A DNA stretch of 63,978 bases, counting the filler, from an uncultured Myxococcia bacterium (GTDB lineage: Bacteria; CAZTWC01), in NCBI GenBank assembly GCA_964617105.1. It is 15 parts of 15 records of this genome, joined end to end, with 100 filler letters (N's around TTAATTAATTAA, not from the genome) between each part and the next. Parts side by side here need not be neighbours in the genome. Positions count along the whole stretch, not along the records: positions 18,034 to 22,381 come from CAZTWC010000302.1; positions 22,482 to 26,829 come from CAZTWC010000303.1; positions 26,930 to 31,277 come from CAZTWC010000304.1; 12 more parts are not named here. The stretch is one strand, 5' to 3'. Made by a program: the position numbers and the translations under genes. Numbering within the stretch: the first letter of the stretch is position 1; every line of letters begins with the position of its first letter. Under the pieces are notes generated by a model. The model did not search any database, had not been told where the DNA came from, and saw only the letters and a list, made by a program, of their open reading frames with translations. Of the stretch, positions 20,328 to 30,011 are shown one piece after another.

Positions 20328-20501
20328 TTTCTTCTCCTGGTTACAAGAAGAGCATTTCTGCGGGCTCTCCCATTGGTATTCTAAGTAGTGCCCGTCCGGA
20401 CACCAGGTAATGGAGTCAATTTTTAATAAATTATCATTTTTCGATTATCTGGTCAATGGAAGAAAATATATTACTTTAAATTTATACATTCCTATTAGCT
20501 C

Positions 20502-20530
20502 TTGACTTTCCTCTTTTTTCCAGAGATAAT
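20502..20530 (+). promoter_or_regulatory. Sigma70-type promoter upstream of tRNA-Ala
   Basis: TTGACT-17 bp-GATAAT, ending 74 nt before the tRNA. Confidence 0.55.
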
Positions 20531-20603
20531 TAGGGACATTTTCGGTTAATTTATATAGAATTTATGTTTTATTTTAATTCCTATTTGTGGTTAATCCAAT
20601 TAT

Positions 20604-20680
20604 GGGGCTGTAGCTCAGACTGGGAGAGCGCCAGAATCGCACTCTGGAGGCCGAGGGTTCGAGCCCCTTCAGCTCCACCA
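20604..20680 (+). tRNA. tRNA-Ala, anticodon CGC
   Basis: GGGGCTG/CAGCTCC acceptor stem with G3:U70; anticodon arm CCAGA-ATCGCAC-TCTGG; GTTCGA T-loop; encoded CCA. Confidence 0.97.
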
Positions 20681-20717
20681 ATTAAATTAGTTTATTCTAG
20701 GAGTAAACTAATAAATC

Positions 20718-20747
20718 AGGGGTTATGATTTATCATAGCCCCTTTTT
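20718..20747 (+). terminator. Rho-independent terminator after tRNA-Ala
   Basis: AGGGGTTATGA-ttta-TCATAGCCCCT hairpin followed by a T tract. Confidence 0.8.
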
Positions 20748-20789
20748 GGGTTATATTCATCTGGATATTTACTAAAGGGAAAACTGGTC

Positions 20790-21089
20790 ATGGCAAAAAT
20801 AAAAGTTGAAAAATGCTTTCAAGATATTTCGGTTGATAACTTCTATTTTGAAACTAAAAACCGGGTTGAAGGTCTGGTAAAAGAGAAACTGGCACCTTTT
20901 GGGACCCAAGAGATTGATTGGAATGATTCAGCCCAACGGGGCAAAATAATCGCCTCCAAATTTTCTGGTGAAATATTTATTAATAACCACAGCATTGAAA
21001 TTGAGGTTGATTTACCATTTTTGCTATCCCCCTTTAAAGGAAGGATAAAAGAAACCTTAAAAGAAAAACTTAACACCTTGTTTGTTTGA
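20790..21089 (+). CDS. Polyhydroxyalkanoic-acid-system (PHA_gran_rgn)-like small protein
   Basis: 99 aa; IDW...FSGEI.I....IEIEVDLPFLLSPFKGRIKETL pattern. Confidence 0.7.
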   Translation: MAKIKVEKCFQDISVDNFYFETKNRVEGLVKEKLAPFGTQEIDWNDSAQRGKIIASKFSGEIFINNHSIEIEVDLPFLLSPFKGRIKETLKEKLNTLFV

Positions 21090-21142
21090 ATATATCGGAG
21101 TAATTGAACTAAAAATTAAGAAAAAACGAAAGCAAAATAGTT

Positions 21143-22381
21143 ATGACAAAATGTTTCAATTGCAATTCAGAGGTCAGGTTTGGTCAAAAATTTTGTGGAA
21201 AATGTGGCACTGTTTTGAACCAACGTAACTGTCCATTATGTGGCCATACGTCTGTAGAAGAAGATCATTTCTGCAGCCGCTGTGGAAGTCCGCTTCAATT
21301 AAGTTCTATCTGCAAACTATGCAGCAGCATCAACCGTCCGGGAGATAAATTCTGCAGTAATTGCGGAGCTTCACTCCTGTCCGATTTTATCAAATGCCGT
21401 TATTGCCAGGCTATATGCTCGAATAATAAAAAGTTTTGCGCTTACTGTGGTCAACCAATGGACATGGATCAAAAAGTTGGTTTTAGCGCTATTATGCCTT
21501 CATCTGGTATAGAATTATTAAATAATTTTCCTACAGGAATGGAAGAATTCGAAGGGGTTAAGATCCACTTTGTGGGCCGGGACATGGAAAAAGAGATTCT
21601 GATGGATGCTCTAATTTATGTAGAAAACATGAATGACCCACAGGCCATTTTAATTGAAGGGGAAGCCGGAATTGGTAAAACCAGGATGCTTTATGAGTTT
21701 GTGAAAAGTGCGGTTGATAACAACGACAACCGGTTCATCCTATTTGCTCAGTCCCAAAAGATAAATCAAACCATACCCTTCAGCCTTATCTCCGAACTTT
21801 TTTATATGCAACTCTTATCCAGCCAATCCGACTCACCGGTGCAATCGGCAGAAGAGTTGCTGTGGCAAATGGCCAGAGTTTACAAAGCAGCAGATTCACA
21901 CGAATTATCATCTTCAGGTCAAGATCGGAAAGAAATTTACTCGCCAGGCGACAACAGTTCTACCTCTATAATCAATGACCAGGTAGTAGAAGACGCTCAT
22001 TTCCTTGGTTATCTTATCGGGCTCCATTTTCCTAAAAGCCCCTATACCAAATCTATTAAGGAGGGTTCGGGAAGATTACGTGAAAGGGCATTCAAAGCCT
22101 TTACTAACCTTTTGAAAAAAATTACCAAATGCAAAACTCTGGTTTTACTAATCGATGATACCCATTGGGCCGACCCTCACAGTGTTGAATTACTTCACTA
22201 TACAATTAAGTTGTTGAAGGGTAGTCCGGTATTGATATTAATGACCACTGAGATTGGACACAGCGGTGAGGCTGAAAAAAAATACCAGGATGCTAATATC
22301 CCTTTGAAAAAAATTGAGTTAGAATCCTTTTCACAATCAAACATTGACCAGATCATAAACAATATTTTGACCAACGTTAAA
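21143..22381 (+). CDS. Multi zinc-ribbon plus STAND/AAA_16 ATPase (3' partial)
   Basis: Four C..C...FC..CG ribbons; FVGR..E; Walker A GEAGIGKT; Walker B LIDDTHWAD. Confidence 0.85.
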
Positions 22382-22481
22382 NNNNNNNNNNNNNNNNNNN
22401 NNNNNNNNNNNNNNNNNNNNNNNNNTTAATTAATTAANNNNNNNNNNNNNNNNNNNNNNNNNNNNNNNNNNNNNNNNNNNN

Positions 22482-23072
22482 TACAGACAAATTTCATCAT
22501 TATGGTGGGACCAATAGCCACCACCAAATCTATTTTAACTCCCTGGGCAACTAATTGGTTAAGCACATCGGTGACCAGCCCTTTGGTGCCGTAAGAGCCA
22601 TCGTCAGTGCATATTTCCAATTGATTGGAGGCGGCTCTCATCTCATCCTCCATAATCAGCAGATCTTGATTTCGGGCGCCCAGGATAGATATTACCTTGT
22701 TACCTGCTTCTTTCATGGCCTGTGCGATAGGATGCATCGGAGCGATACCGATACCGCCGCCGATACACACTACGGTGCCGAATTTTTCAAATGGGTAGGT
22801 TTGCCCAGCGGCCCTACTAAATCCAGGATCTGTTCTCCCTCTTGCAGTTGCGATAGAATAGCAGTGGTTTTACCCACCTCCTGAGAGACAATGGTGATAG
22901 TCCCCTGTTCCGGATTTGCATCAGCGATAGTAAGAGGAATCCGTTCGCCCTCTTCGGACAGCCGTAAAATAACAAATTGTCCGGCTTGCCTTTTGTTGGC
23001 TATATCTGGGGCGTTGACCACAAATTTTGTAACCTGGGGGGCGATTCGTTCCTTTTTAATAATTTTATTCAC
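22482..23072 (-). CDS. nfnA: NfnA/SudB-type flavoprotein subunit, interrupted by a 1-nt frameshift near 22785 (3' partial)
   Basis: AGQFVILR...ERIPLT...GPLG, then in the other frame FGTVVCIGGGIGIAP...TDDGSYG...IGP.IMMKFV. Confidence 0.88.
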
Positions 23073-23234
23073 GGTTTTCTCCTGAAAAGTTTATAGAAGA
23101 TTCGGCTGTCAGCCCGGCTTTTATGATTGAATTCGCAACATCCCTAAAGGAGGTGCAGGATGAGGTAGATGATGCTTGACAGGGCACTTGTTCCAGCCGT
23201 GGAAAAGTTAACTTGTTTAGATCTGGAAATTAAC

Positions 23235-24491
23235 TCAGTTTATATATTTTTCTAGATCACTTTTAAAGTATTTTAGACTGGAAACCAGGGGGGTGGTAGA
23301 GGCCATTCCCAGGCCGCACAGAGAAACATCCTGCATGGCTTTGGATATTACTTCCATCATCTCCAGATCATGTTTGTCACCTTGACCCGCATGAAGTTTT
23401 TCCAACAGGCGCAGGATTTGGTGATTTCCTTCCCGGCATAGGGTGCATTTACCGCAAGATTCATGGCTGAAAAATTCCATCAGAACCAAAAGGATATCCA
23501 ACAGGTTACGATCTTGGTTAAAAGCGATAAAGACCCCTGAGCCCAGGGCCAGTTGATTGCTGGAAAATTCTTTGAAGTCGAGATGGACATCCATTACCGA
23601 TTCATCCACCAGGGGGCCGGATGCTCCGCCCAATTGCAGCATCTTCAGGCTTTTGTCATTTTTAATGCCGCCTCCCAAACCGTAAACCACCTCTTTTATG
23701 GTAATACCAAAAGGAACTTCAAAAACCCCACGGTTGACAAAATCTCCCGACAGGCAGAGCAGTTTGGTTCCCTTGCTGTTCTCAGTGCCGATTTCAGCGT
23801 AACGTTTTCCCCCCTCTAGCATAATAAAGGGTAAGTTGGAAAGAGTTTCTACGTTATTGATTTCCGTAGGCTTACCCCAGAGTCCACTAGTGGGCGGAAA
23901 TGGAGGTTTGACCCTGGATCTGCCCCTTTTTCCTTCTATGGACTCCATCAGGGCGGTTTCTTCACCACAAACATAAGAGCCAGCGCCGGAGCGAATTTCA
24001 ATGTCAAAGTCGAATTTTTTCTTAAGGATATTTTTGCCCAAATACCCTTTTTTGCGGGCTTGTTCAAAGGTGTGGAGGAGTTTTTTCTTGCATTGGTTAT
24101 ATTCACCACGCAAGTAGATATAGCCCTTGTCTGCACCTATAGCATAACCGCAAATGGCCATCCCTTCCACCAGTTGGTGGGGGTCGTTCATAATCAAATA
24201 TTTATCTTTGAATGTTCCAGGTTCTCCTTCATCAGCATTGCAGATGACATATTTTTGGTCACCTTTGGCGCCTGCAGTGAACTGCATTTTTAGGCCAGTG
24301 GGAAAACCTGCGCCGCCGCGCCCCATCAATTTTGAAGTTTTAACTTCTTCTATTACCTCAGCGGTTTTCATGGAAAGGGCTTTTTTCAGTCCCTGGTAGC
24401 CATCTTCTTTGAGAAAATCTTCCAGGGAATCACTGTCGATTTTATCCCATCTTCGGGTCAAAAGGGTATAAGTCAGTTCTTTTTCGGCCAT
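23235..24491 (-). CDS. NuoF/HydB-like NADH-binding FMN/4Fe-4S subunit
   Basis: GRGGAGFPTG, CNADEGEPG, YVCGEETAL, NNVET and ESCGKCTLCREG...C motifs. Confidence 0.95.
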   Translation of the reverse strand: MAEKELTYTLLTRRWDKIDSDSLEDFLKEDGYQGLKKALSMKTAEVIEEVKTSKLMGRGGAGFPTGLKMQFTAGAKGDQKYVICNADEGEPGTFKDKYLIMNDPHQLVEGMAICGYAIGADKGYIYLRGEYNQCKKKLLHTFEQARKKGYLGKNILKKKFDFDIEIRSGAGSYVCGEETALMESIEGKRGRSRVKPPFPPTSGLWGKPTEINNVETLSNLPFIMLEGGKRYAEIGTENSKGTKLLCLSGDFVNRGVFEVPFGITIKEVVYGLGGGIKNDKSLKMLQLGGASGPLVDESVMDVHLDFKEFSSNQLALGSGVFIAFNQDRNLLDILLVLMEFFSHESCGKCTLCREGNHQILRLLEKLHAGQGDKHDLEMMEVISKAMQDVSLCGLGMASTTPLVSSLKYFKSDLEKYIN

Positions 24492-24961
24492 TATTTCTTC
24501 TCCCCTTTGTAATGCTCTATCACTTCCTTGACTTGTGCCTGGGTCATTTTGGTATGAAGGGTATCGTGGATTCTCACCGCAGGAGATTCATCACAGCAGC
24601 CGATACAACTAGTATACTCCAGGGTGAACATTTTATCCTCGGTGGTTTCCCCCATTTTAATGCCCAGTATTTCGGTGAAAACCTGGACCATATCATGGGT
24701 TCCATCTATATGGCAGGAAGGGTCTTTACAGATTTGGATCACATATTTGCCCCGGGGTTTGGTGGACAGCAAGGTATAGAAACTAAGAGTGCTGCAGATA
24801 TGTCCTCCGGAAACATTTAGTCTTTTGGAAATCTCTTTTAACTCTTGGTTGGTGAGGTATTTTTCATCCTTTTCCCATTGAAGTTCGCTCAACACCTCCA
24901 GCAGTTTGTGGGGTTCAGAGCCTACCCGGGATATCACTTTGTCTATTAGGGCTAGAGACAT
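24491..24961 (-). CDS. NuoE/HydC-like 2Fe-2S subunit
   Basis: SFY...ICKDPSCH...CIGCC..P motif; coupled to the NuoF-like gene. Confidence 0.93.
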   Translation of the reverse strand: MSLALIDKVISRVGSEPHKLLEVLSELQWEKDEKYLTNQELKEISKRLNVSGGHICSTLSFYTLLSTKPRGKYVIQICKDPSCHIDGTHDMVQVFTEILGIKMGETTEDKMFTLEYTSCIGCCDESPAVRIHDTLHTKMTQAQVKEVIEHYKGEKK

Positions 24962-25049
24962 GTATGCTCCCCTTTGTAAAAGTTAGTCTAAAATTTACTT
25001 TTTCGACAAATATCCCAATATTGCTACCATATCATTATATAGTTGTCAA

Positions 25050-26654
25050 TCAGGTTTTAACCGGCCTGACTCCGGAAGGTGGGAAAAATAAGCCGTCATC
25101 TTCTGGAGTTGGTTTCCATGACAGGCAATAACATTCTTTGCGGTTTGAAAATGTGGGGTCATAACATCTTCTGAGTCCCAATATCCATAGTATCTGACCT
25201 TGATTATTGAGCAGCATGGGGATAGAACTACGCTGATCCCGGGGAATTTTTTTTTCCATCAGGACCTTTTTTACTTTTTTATGTCCCCCTTTAATGGCAA
25301 TGCGGTCACCAGGAAGGAAATTCCGTATCTGTAAAGGGAAGGTGATCTCTCTCTTTGTAAAGATCTGCTCTCTGTCAGAGGGAGTATAGGGTAACTCTTC
25401 AGGAGCAATTTTTCTTATCTGCAATTCGATTGAAAATTGGGGCACCTTAAAAGTTCCCGTCTCTTTTAATGCCGGGTTGACAATGAATGGTTCAACTGAA
25501 TTTGATGGGGGACGAGAGTTCTTTAAATCAACGGTTTTTAAATCAGGTTCTTTGGTTAGAAAGGGTTTTTTTGACAGCACTAATTTATGGTACCCGCTTC
25601 TAATCCAGATTTTACCCGGCAGTTTGTGGTATTTAGAGCCCTGGTTTTTATTCAGGCAATCTAGCACCGCCTGGATGTGACTAAAGCAGATCTCTTGCGG
25701 TTGGAAAGGATCTATAGTGCGTATAGCAGCCATAATAAGACGGCTTATCACCGCCGGGTGGGGAAAACTTCCAGCCAGAAAGCAGGCCAATTGGGGTAGA
25801 TTAATGGATATTTGGTCTTTTGTTTGCTCGACAATATTATTATCGCCCATAACTCGAAAAATAAGATCCTCAAAAAAGTTTTCGGTCATCCGGTTGATAT
25901 CAGCCATTTGAGCCAGGTGTTGTTTGAGTTTGGGGTTGTAATCTTTTTCCAACCTTGGAAGTAGTTGGTTCCTTACCCGGTTGCGCAAATAATAGTTCTC
26001 CTGGTTGCTGCTGTCTTCATTAAAAGATAGACCAGATTGAACCAGGAACTCTTTGATCTCTTTTTTAGTGCATCCATAAAAGGGGCGGATAAAGGTGGGC
26101 AGCAACGGCTTTTTCTGGGGAGCATTGGACAGGTGGCGCTGTTCTGAAGGCGTTTCCTGGGCAGTCACTGGGCGGATGGGGGGAACTCCGGATAAACCAC
26201 CCGATCCTCCCCTGGTCAGTAATCTGATTAAAACTGTTTCTGCCGCATCATCCTGGTGATGAGCGGTGGCAATTCGGTGGGCTTTAACTTTAAAGGCAAT
26301 ATCAACCATTAAGCCATAGCGCCAATGCCGGGCTTGGTTTTGAAAAGAGGATGATGATCCTGCTTGAGGGCAGTATTGAAAAAAATGAAAATCCGCCTCC
26401 CATCTATCAGCCAACTTTTGGACCAAATCCCGGTCCAGGTAACTTTCTTTTCTGGCCTGGTGATCAAAGTGTATCACCGCCAAGCGCAGGTTCCACCTAA
26501 ATTTTAACCGGAAAAAGAGTTCCCCCAGGGCTACTGAATCGCAGCCGCCGCTGACCGCTATCAGCACCCGGTTTCCCTGGTTAAGCATTTGGAATTGGCG
26601 GATGGTTTTTTCCGCTTTTTTAATAAGTTGAGGTAGGTTACTGGAAAAGGACAT
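25050..26654 (-). CDS. tilS: tRNA(Ile)-lysidine synthase
   Basis: AVSGGCDS PP-loop, AHHQDDAAET, EDSSN...RNRVR, C-terminal PGDRI...KKVKK. Confidence 0.93.
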   Translation of the reverse strand: MSFSSNLPQLIKKAEKTIRQFQMLNQGNRVLIAVSGGCDSVALGELFFRLKFRWNLRLAVIHFDHQARKESYLDRDLVQKLADRWEADFHFFQYCPQAGSSSSFQNQARHWRYGLMVDIAFKVKAHRIATAHHQDDAAETVLIRLLTRGGSGGLSGVPPIRPVTAQETPSEQRHLSNAPQKKPLLPTFIRPFYGCTKKEIKEFLVQSGLSFNEDSSNQENYYLRNRVRNQLLPRLEKDYNPKLKQHLAQMADINRMTENFFEDLIFRVMGDNNIVEQTKDQISINLPQLACFLAGSFPHPAVISRLIMAAIRTIDPFQPQEICFSHIQAVLDCLNKNQGSKYHKLPGKIWIRSGYHKLVLSKKPFLTKEPDLKTVDLKNSRPPSNSVEPFIVNPALKETGTFKVPQFSIELQIRKIAPEELPYTPSDREQIFTKREITFPLQIRNFLPGDRIAIKGGHKKVKKVLMEKKIPRDQRSSIPMLLNNQGQILWILGLRRCYDPTFSNRKECYCLSWKPTPEDDGLFFPPSGVRPVKT

Positions 26655-26713
26655 AGTTTTCACAAACAAGGCCGAAGGGTTTTCTTTCTTGCCAGGTTAG
26701 GTTTTTGCTCGAC

Positions 26714-26829
26714 TCAGGTCGTTTCCTGGCTTTTTAGGGCATTAATGGCCAGGTTAACCGCCTGGGTTGGTGTGGAAGCGGCAAGGATATAGTCTTCTCG
26801 CCGCTGGTCCAGCGACTGGCCGGCCAGTT
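26714..26829 (-). CDS. 3' end of a gene upstream of tilS (possibly TIGR00725/LOG-like)
   Basis: Open frame LAGQSLDQRREDYILAASTPTQAVNLA...*. Confidence 0.35.
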
Positions 26830-26930
26830 NNNNNNNNNNNNNNNNNNNNNNNNNNNNNNNNNNNNNNNNNNNNTTAATTAATTAANNNNNNNNNNNNNNN
26901 NNNNNNNNNNNNNNNNNNNNNNNNNNNNNT

Positions 26931-28466
26931 CCAGAGGAGACAGAAAAGCGCCAGGAAAATGAAAAAAATTTCCAGGAAATTTTTCAGGGGCGTTTACCGC
27001 TATACAAATTTGAAAAATGTTTTACCTGCCCTGAAAACACTATCACCTGGGGTGATATCACTCTGACCCGTATCTCTAAACAAGATAACTCAGACCTCTG
27101 TCTGTTTATGATCCAGGATATAACCGAAAACAAAAAATCTCAACAACGTTTGAAAGAACTGGCACACTTCGATAGCCTTACCGGATTGCCCAACCGGATG
27201 CAATTTTTGGACATTCTGGGACACGACCTGGAAATGGCCCGCAGAAACAAATATATATTAAGCCTGCTTTTAGTCGACCTGGACCGTTTTAAATACTTAA
27301 ACGACAGCCTGGGCCATGAAAGCGGAGATCAGTTGCTCATACAGGTTGGTAAAAGAATAAAAACTACCCTGCGTAATTCAGATACGGTAGCCCGCCTGGG
27401 CAGTGATGAATTTACCGCTATCCTTAGCAAAATAGCCAACAAAGAGGATGCTGCCCTGGTTGCCAGAAAGGTGCTGAAAGAGTTGAGTAAGCCTTACAAA
27501 CTTAACAACCAGGAATTATCCCTGGGCGCCAGCCTGGGAATAGTTGTCTTTCCCTTTGACGGCGTTGACGTCAGAAGCCTTTTAGCTAATGCCGATGCCG
27601 CCATGAATCACGCCAAAGAGTCTGGTAGCAACCATTTCCAATTTTATACTCCTGAGATGAACACCGATGCCCTGGAAAAACTTAAGATGGAAAATGACCT
27701 GCGCCTGGCCATTGAACGGAATGAGTTTGTCCTCCATTTTCAACCGCAAATATCGGCGAAAAACTGGAGAATAGTTGGTATTGAAGCGTTGATCCGCTGG
27801 CAGCATCCGGAAATGGGCTTTATCCCTCCCGGCATTTTTATCCCATTGGCAGAGGAAACCGGGTTGATCATTGAGATCGGCAAATGGGTGCTCAAAACCG
27901 CCTGCGCCATAAACAAAGAGTTGCAAAATAAAGGTTTTCCCCACATTCGGGTTGCAGTAAATGTGGCCAGCAGCCAATTTAAACCCCAAAACCTGGTGAA
28001 AACAGTAACCACAATCCTGTCTGATACCAATCTTGAGCCCAAATATCTGGAACTGGAGTTGACTGAAAGCGTTATTATCAAAGATGTGGACATTACTATA
28101 AATATCCTCAACGAAATGAAAGAGATGGGGATACACCTCTCTATCGATGATTTTGGCACCGGCTATTCATCACTCAACTATCTCAAGCGCCTGCCCATCA
28201 CCACTTTGAAAATTGACCGCTCATTTATTAACGACATTGAAGACGATCCCGATGGCTCCGCCATTGTCAAAGCCATCATCGCCATGGCTCAAAACCTTAA
28301 ACTAAAAACAATAGCCGAAGGGGTGGAAACCAAAGAACAATTGAAATTTCTTTGCACTTATGGATGTGATGAGATTCAGGGTTACTATTTCAGTAAACCC
28401 CTGCCTTTCGAAGATATCTGCCAGATGCTCTTAGATACCGAAGGATTCTATACCTCTAAGGTGTAA
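26931..28466 (+). CDS. PAS-GGDEF-EAL c-di-GMP enzyme (5' partial); GGDEF motif reads GSDEF, EAL intact
   Basis: Frame open from the contig edge with a PAC-like segment; [36 protein letters not shown]. Confidence 0.93.
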   Translation, partial: PEETEKRQENEKNFQEIFQGRLPLYKFEKCFTCPENTITWGDITLTRISKQDNSDLCLFMIQDITENKKSQQRLKELAHFDSLTGLPNRMQFLDILGHDLEMARRNKYILSLLLVDLDRFKYLNDSLGHESGDQLLIQVGKRIKTTLRNSDTVARLGSDEFTAILSKIANKEDAALVARKVLKELSKPYKLNNQELSLGASLGIVVFPFDGVDVRSLLANADAAMNHAKESGSNHFQFYTPEMNTDALEKLKMENDLRLAIERNEFVLHFQPQISAKNWRIVGIEALIRWQHPEMGFIPPGIFIPLAEETGLIIEIGKWVLKTACAINKELQNKGFPHIRVAVNVASSQFKPQNLVKTVTTILSDTNLEPKYLELELTESVIIKDVDITINILNEMKEMGIHLSIDDFGTGYSSLNYLKRLPITTLKIDRSFINDIEDDPDGSAIVKAIIAMAQNLKLKTIAEGVETKEQLKFLCTYGCDEIQGYYFSKPLPFEDICQMLLDTEGFYTSKV

Positions 28467-28760
28467 TAGTAACTCTTACCTGGCCAATTCCCTCTATCAT
28501 ACCGGTTAGTTTGTCACCCTTCACTACCGGTCCCACCCCTTCGGGGGTGCCAGTATAAATCAGGTCTCCGCTATATCAGCGCCGCCACGACCAATAGCCA
28601 ATACCAACTCCACTTCGTATTGAAAATCTTTGGTACAGGAAGGATAGGGTACCTCCCCACCATCTTGCACCAGGGCGGTCCAGGGTTGAAAAAGATAATT
28701 ACTACTGGTATCGCCTGAGAGTTCACCATTTTCAAAAATGGACACAGATGTTTTTATCAT
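28456..28760 (-). pseudogene. Fumarylacetoacetate-hydrolase family remnant with internal deletions and a frameshift
   Basis: DGGEVPYPS.T..FQYEVELVLAIGRGG is joined out of frame to [17 protein letters not shown]; the central region is missing. Confidence 0.8.
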
Positions 28761-29613
28761 GGACTTCCTTTTGTTCTAAAATTTCTTCATAAATATCTTC
28801 GAACCTAAAAGGAGCAATAAAACACTTTTCTAAAATATTACTATAGTTAACATTGATCGTACAAAAAGATTCGGTTGTGCTTTCATCAACCACCAAATAG
28901 ACAAATCCCCGAAAATCCCGCTGGCTAATCTCTTCTATCATATCTTCCGCCAGTTTAAGATCATCGTTAACGTCAACTAAAATTAAAAAAGGGCTATGCT
29001 TATTTATTAAGCCAAAAGCACTATCCACCTGGGTGGCAAAATAGACTTTAAAGCCCATGGCCAACAACGGCTCCCTAACTCCATCCAAAAGCAGGGGAGT
29101 TGGATTAAAAAGCAAAATTCCGGTGTTAAACATCTGCATTATGGTGCGGCTATCCACCATGTCGCAGAGGCCCATCTTTTCAATAATTATTATCGACTTT
29201 TTAACAAACTTCTGACATTTTCTGCTCAATCGTTTCTGTTTGGTCAATTCCTGAGGTTCAATCTCAAACTGCATGAAACGCCTCATGTAATCAATAGCCT
29301 CAAAGGAGAAGTTGATTAGATCAAAAAACTCTTTGTCCTTACTTTGCGTTCCCAGTTTCAGGCTCAGTTCCATCAATACCATCACTATCGGGTAAATGAA
29401 TTTAAAGGGTGAATGCCAAACTATGTTCACTACATTGGTAGACCCATTTTGGATATCGTAACATATCTCTACCAACAGATCTTCTGACCGACCTTCCTTA
29501 TAAGCCTGCTCCAACTCCACCAGTTTGTTACTCAACTCGTCCAGGCTCTCTTCTAAACTATCCCTGTACCCAAGTCTTTCCTCTTCATCTATGATAACAG
29601 TATCATATAACAT
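28732..29613 (-). CDS. Hpt-like helical domain plus atypical receiver domain protein
   Basis: CheA-P1-like EESLDELSNKLVELEQ...; C-terminal GFKVYFA..DSAF..I.K..PFLILVD. Confidence 0.5.
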   Translation of the reverse strand: MLYDTVIIDEEERLGYRDSLEESLDELSNKLVELEQAYKEGRSEDLLVEICYDIQNGSTNVVNIVWHSPFKFIYPIVMVLMELSLKLGTQSKDKEFFDLINFSFEAIDYMRRFMQFEIEPQELTKQKRLSRKCQKFVKKSIIIIEKMGLCDMVDSRTIMQMFNTGILLFNPTPLLLDGVREPLLAMGFKVYFATQVDSAFGLINKHSPFLILVDVNDDLKLAEDMIEEISQRDFRGFVYLVVDESTTESFCTINVNYSNILEKCFIAPFRFEDIYEEILEQKEVHDKNICVHF

Positions 29614-29661
29614 CTTTATATCCGCCTGTCCGGAACAATTGATAGTGATTTAATTTCCATC

Positions 29662-30009
29662 CTAAGAAAAACTCTCCATGGCTTTTTCTCTGGTGTCAAA
29701 ATGATTAAAAAGTTTCTTGAAACCCAGGGTACTATAACTGGTTAAAATCACAGGTGACATGTTGCAAACAGCCATCTTTCCACCCATTTCATCAACCCGG
29801 TTAAAAAGGGTGATCAATTCCCTGAACCCGGCGGAAGACAAAATATTGGTCCCACTAAAATCAATTATGAACCATTGATAACCATTTTTACAATATTCTG
29901 CAACCCTTTCCCTGAAGTTGGTTAAAATCTCTGCACTATCCAAATTAACCAAAATATCGATAACGATTATACCGCTTTTAGGTTCAATAAAATTAAACAT
30001 TTTCACCAT
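29662..30009 (-). CDS. STAS-domain anti-sigma factor antagonist
   Basis: IIDFSG..ILSSAGFR.L...GGKMAVCNMSP motif. Confidence 0.88.
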   Translation of the reverse strand: MVKMFNFIEPKSGIIVIDILVNLDSAEILTNFRERVAEYCKNGYQWFIIDFSGTNILSSAGFRELITLFNRVDEMGGKMAVCNMSPVILTSYSTLGFKKLFNHFDTREKAMESFS

Positions 30010-30011
30010 TG

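Noticed and set aside
20406-20512. GGTAATGGAGTC resembling the 5' end of a fluoride riboswitch
   Set aside because: No P1 partner, no properly spaced GCTRATRACNCCT, and it points toward a tRNA.
23143-23155. 13-mer CCTAAAGGAGGTG shared with 52931-52943 (anti-SD-like on the minus strand)
   Set aside because: Exact 13-mer repeats are expected by chance in a window this size, and the flanks do not align.
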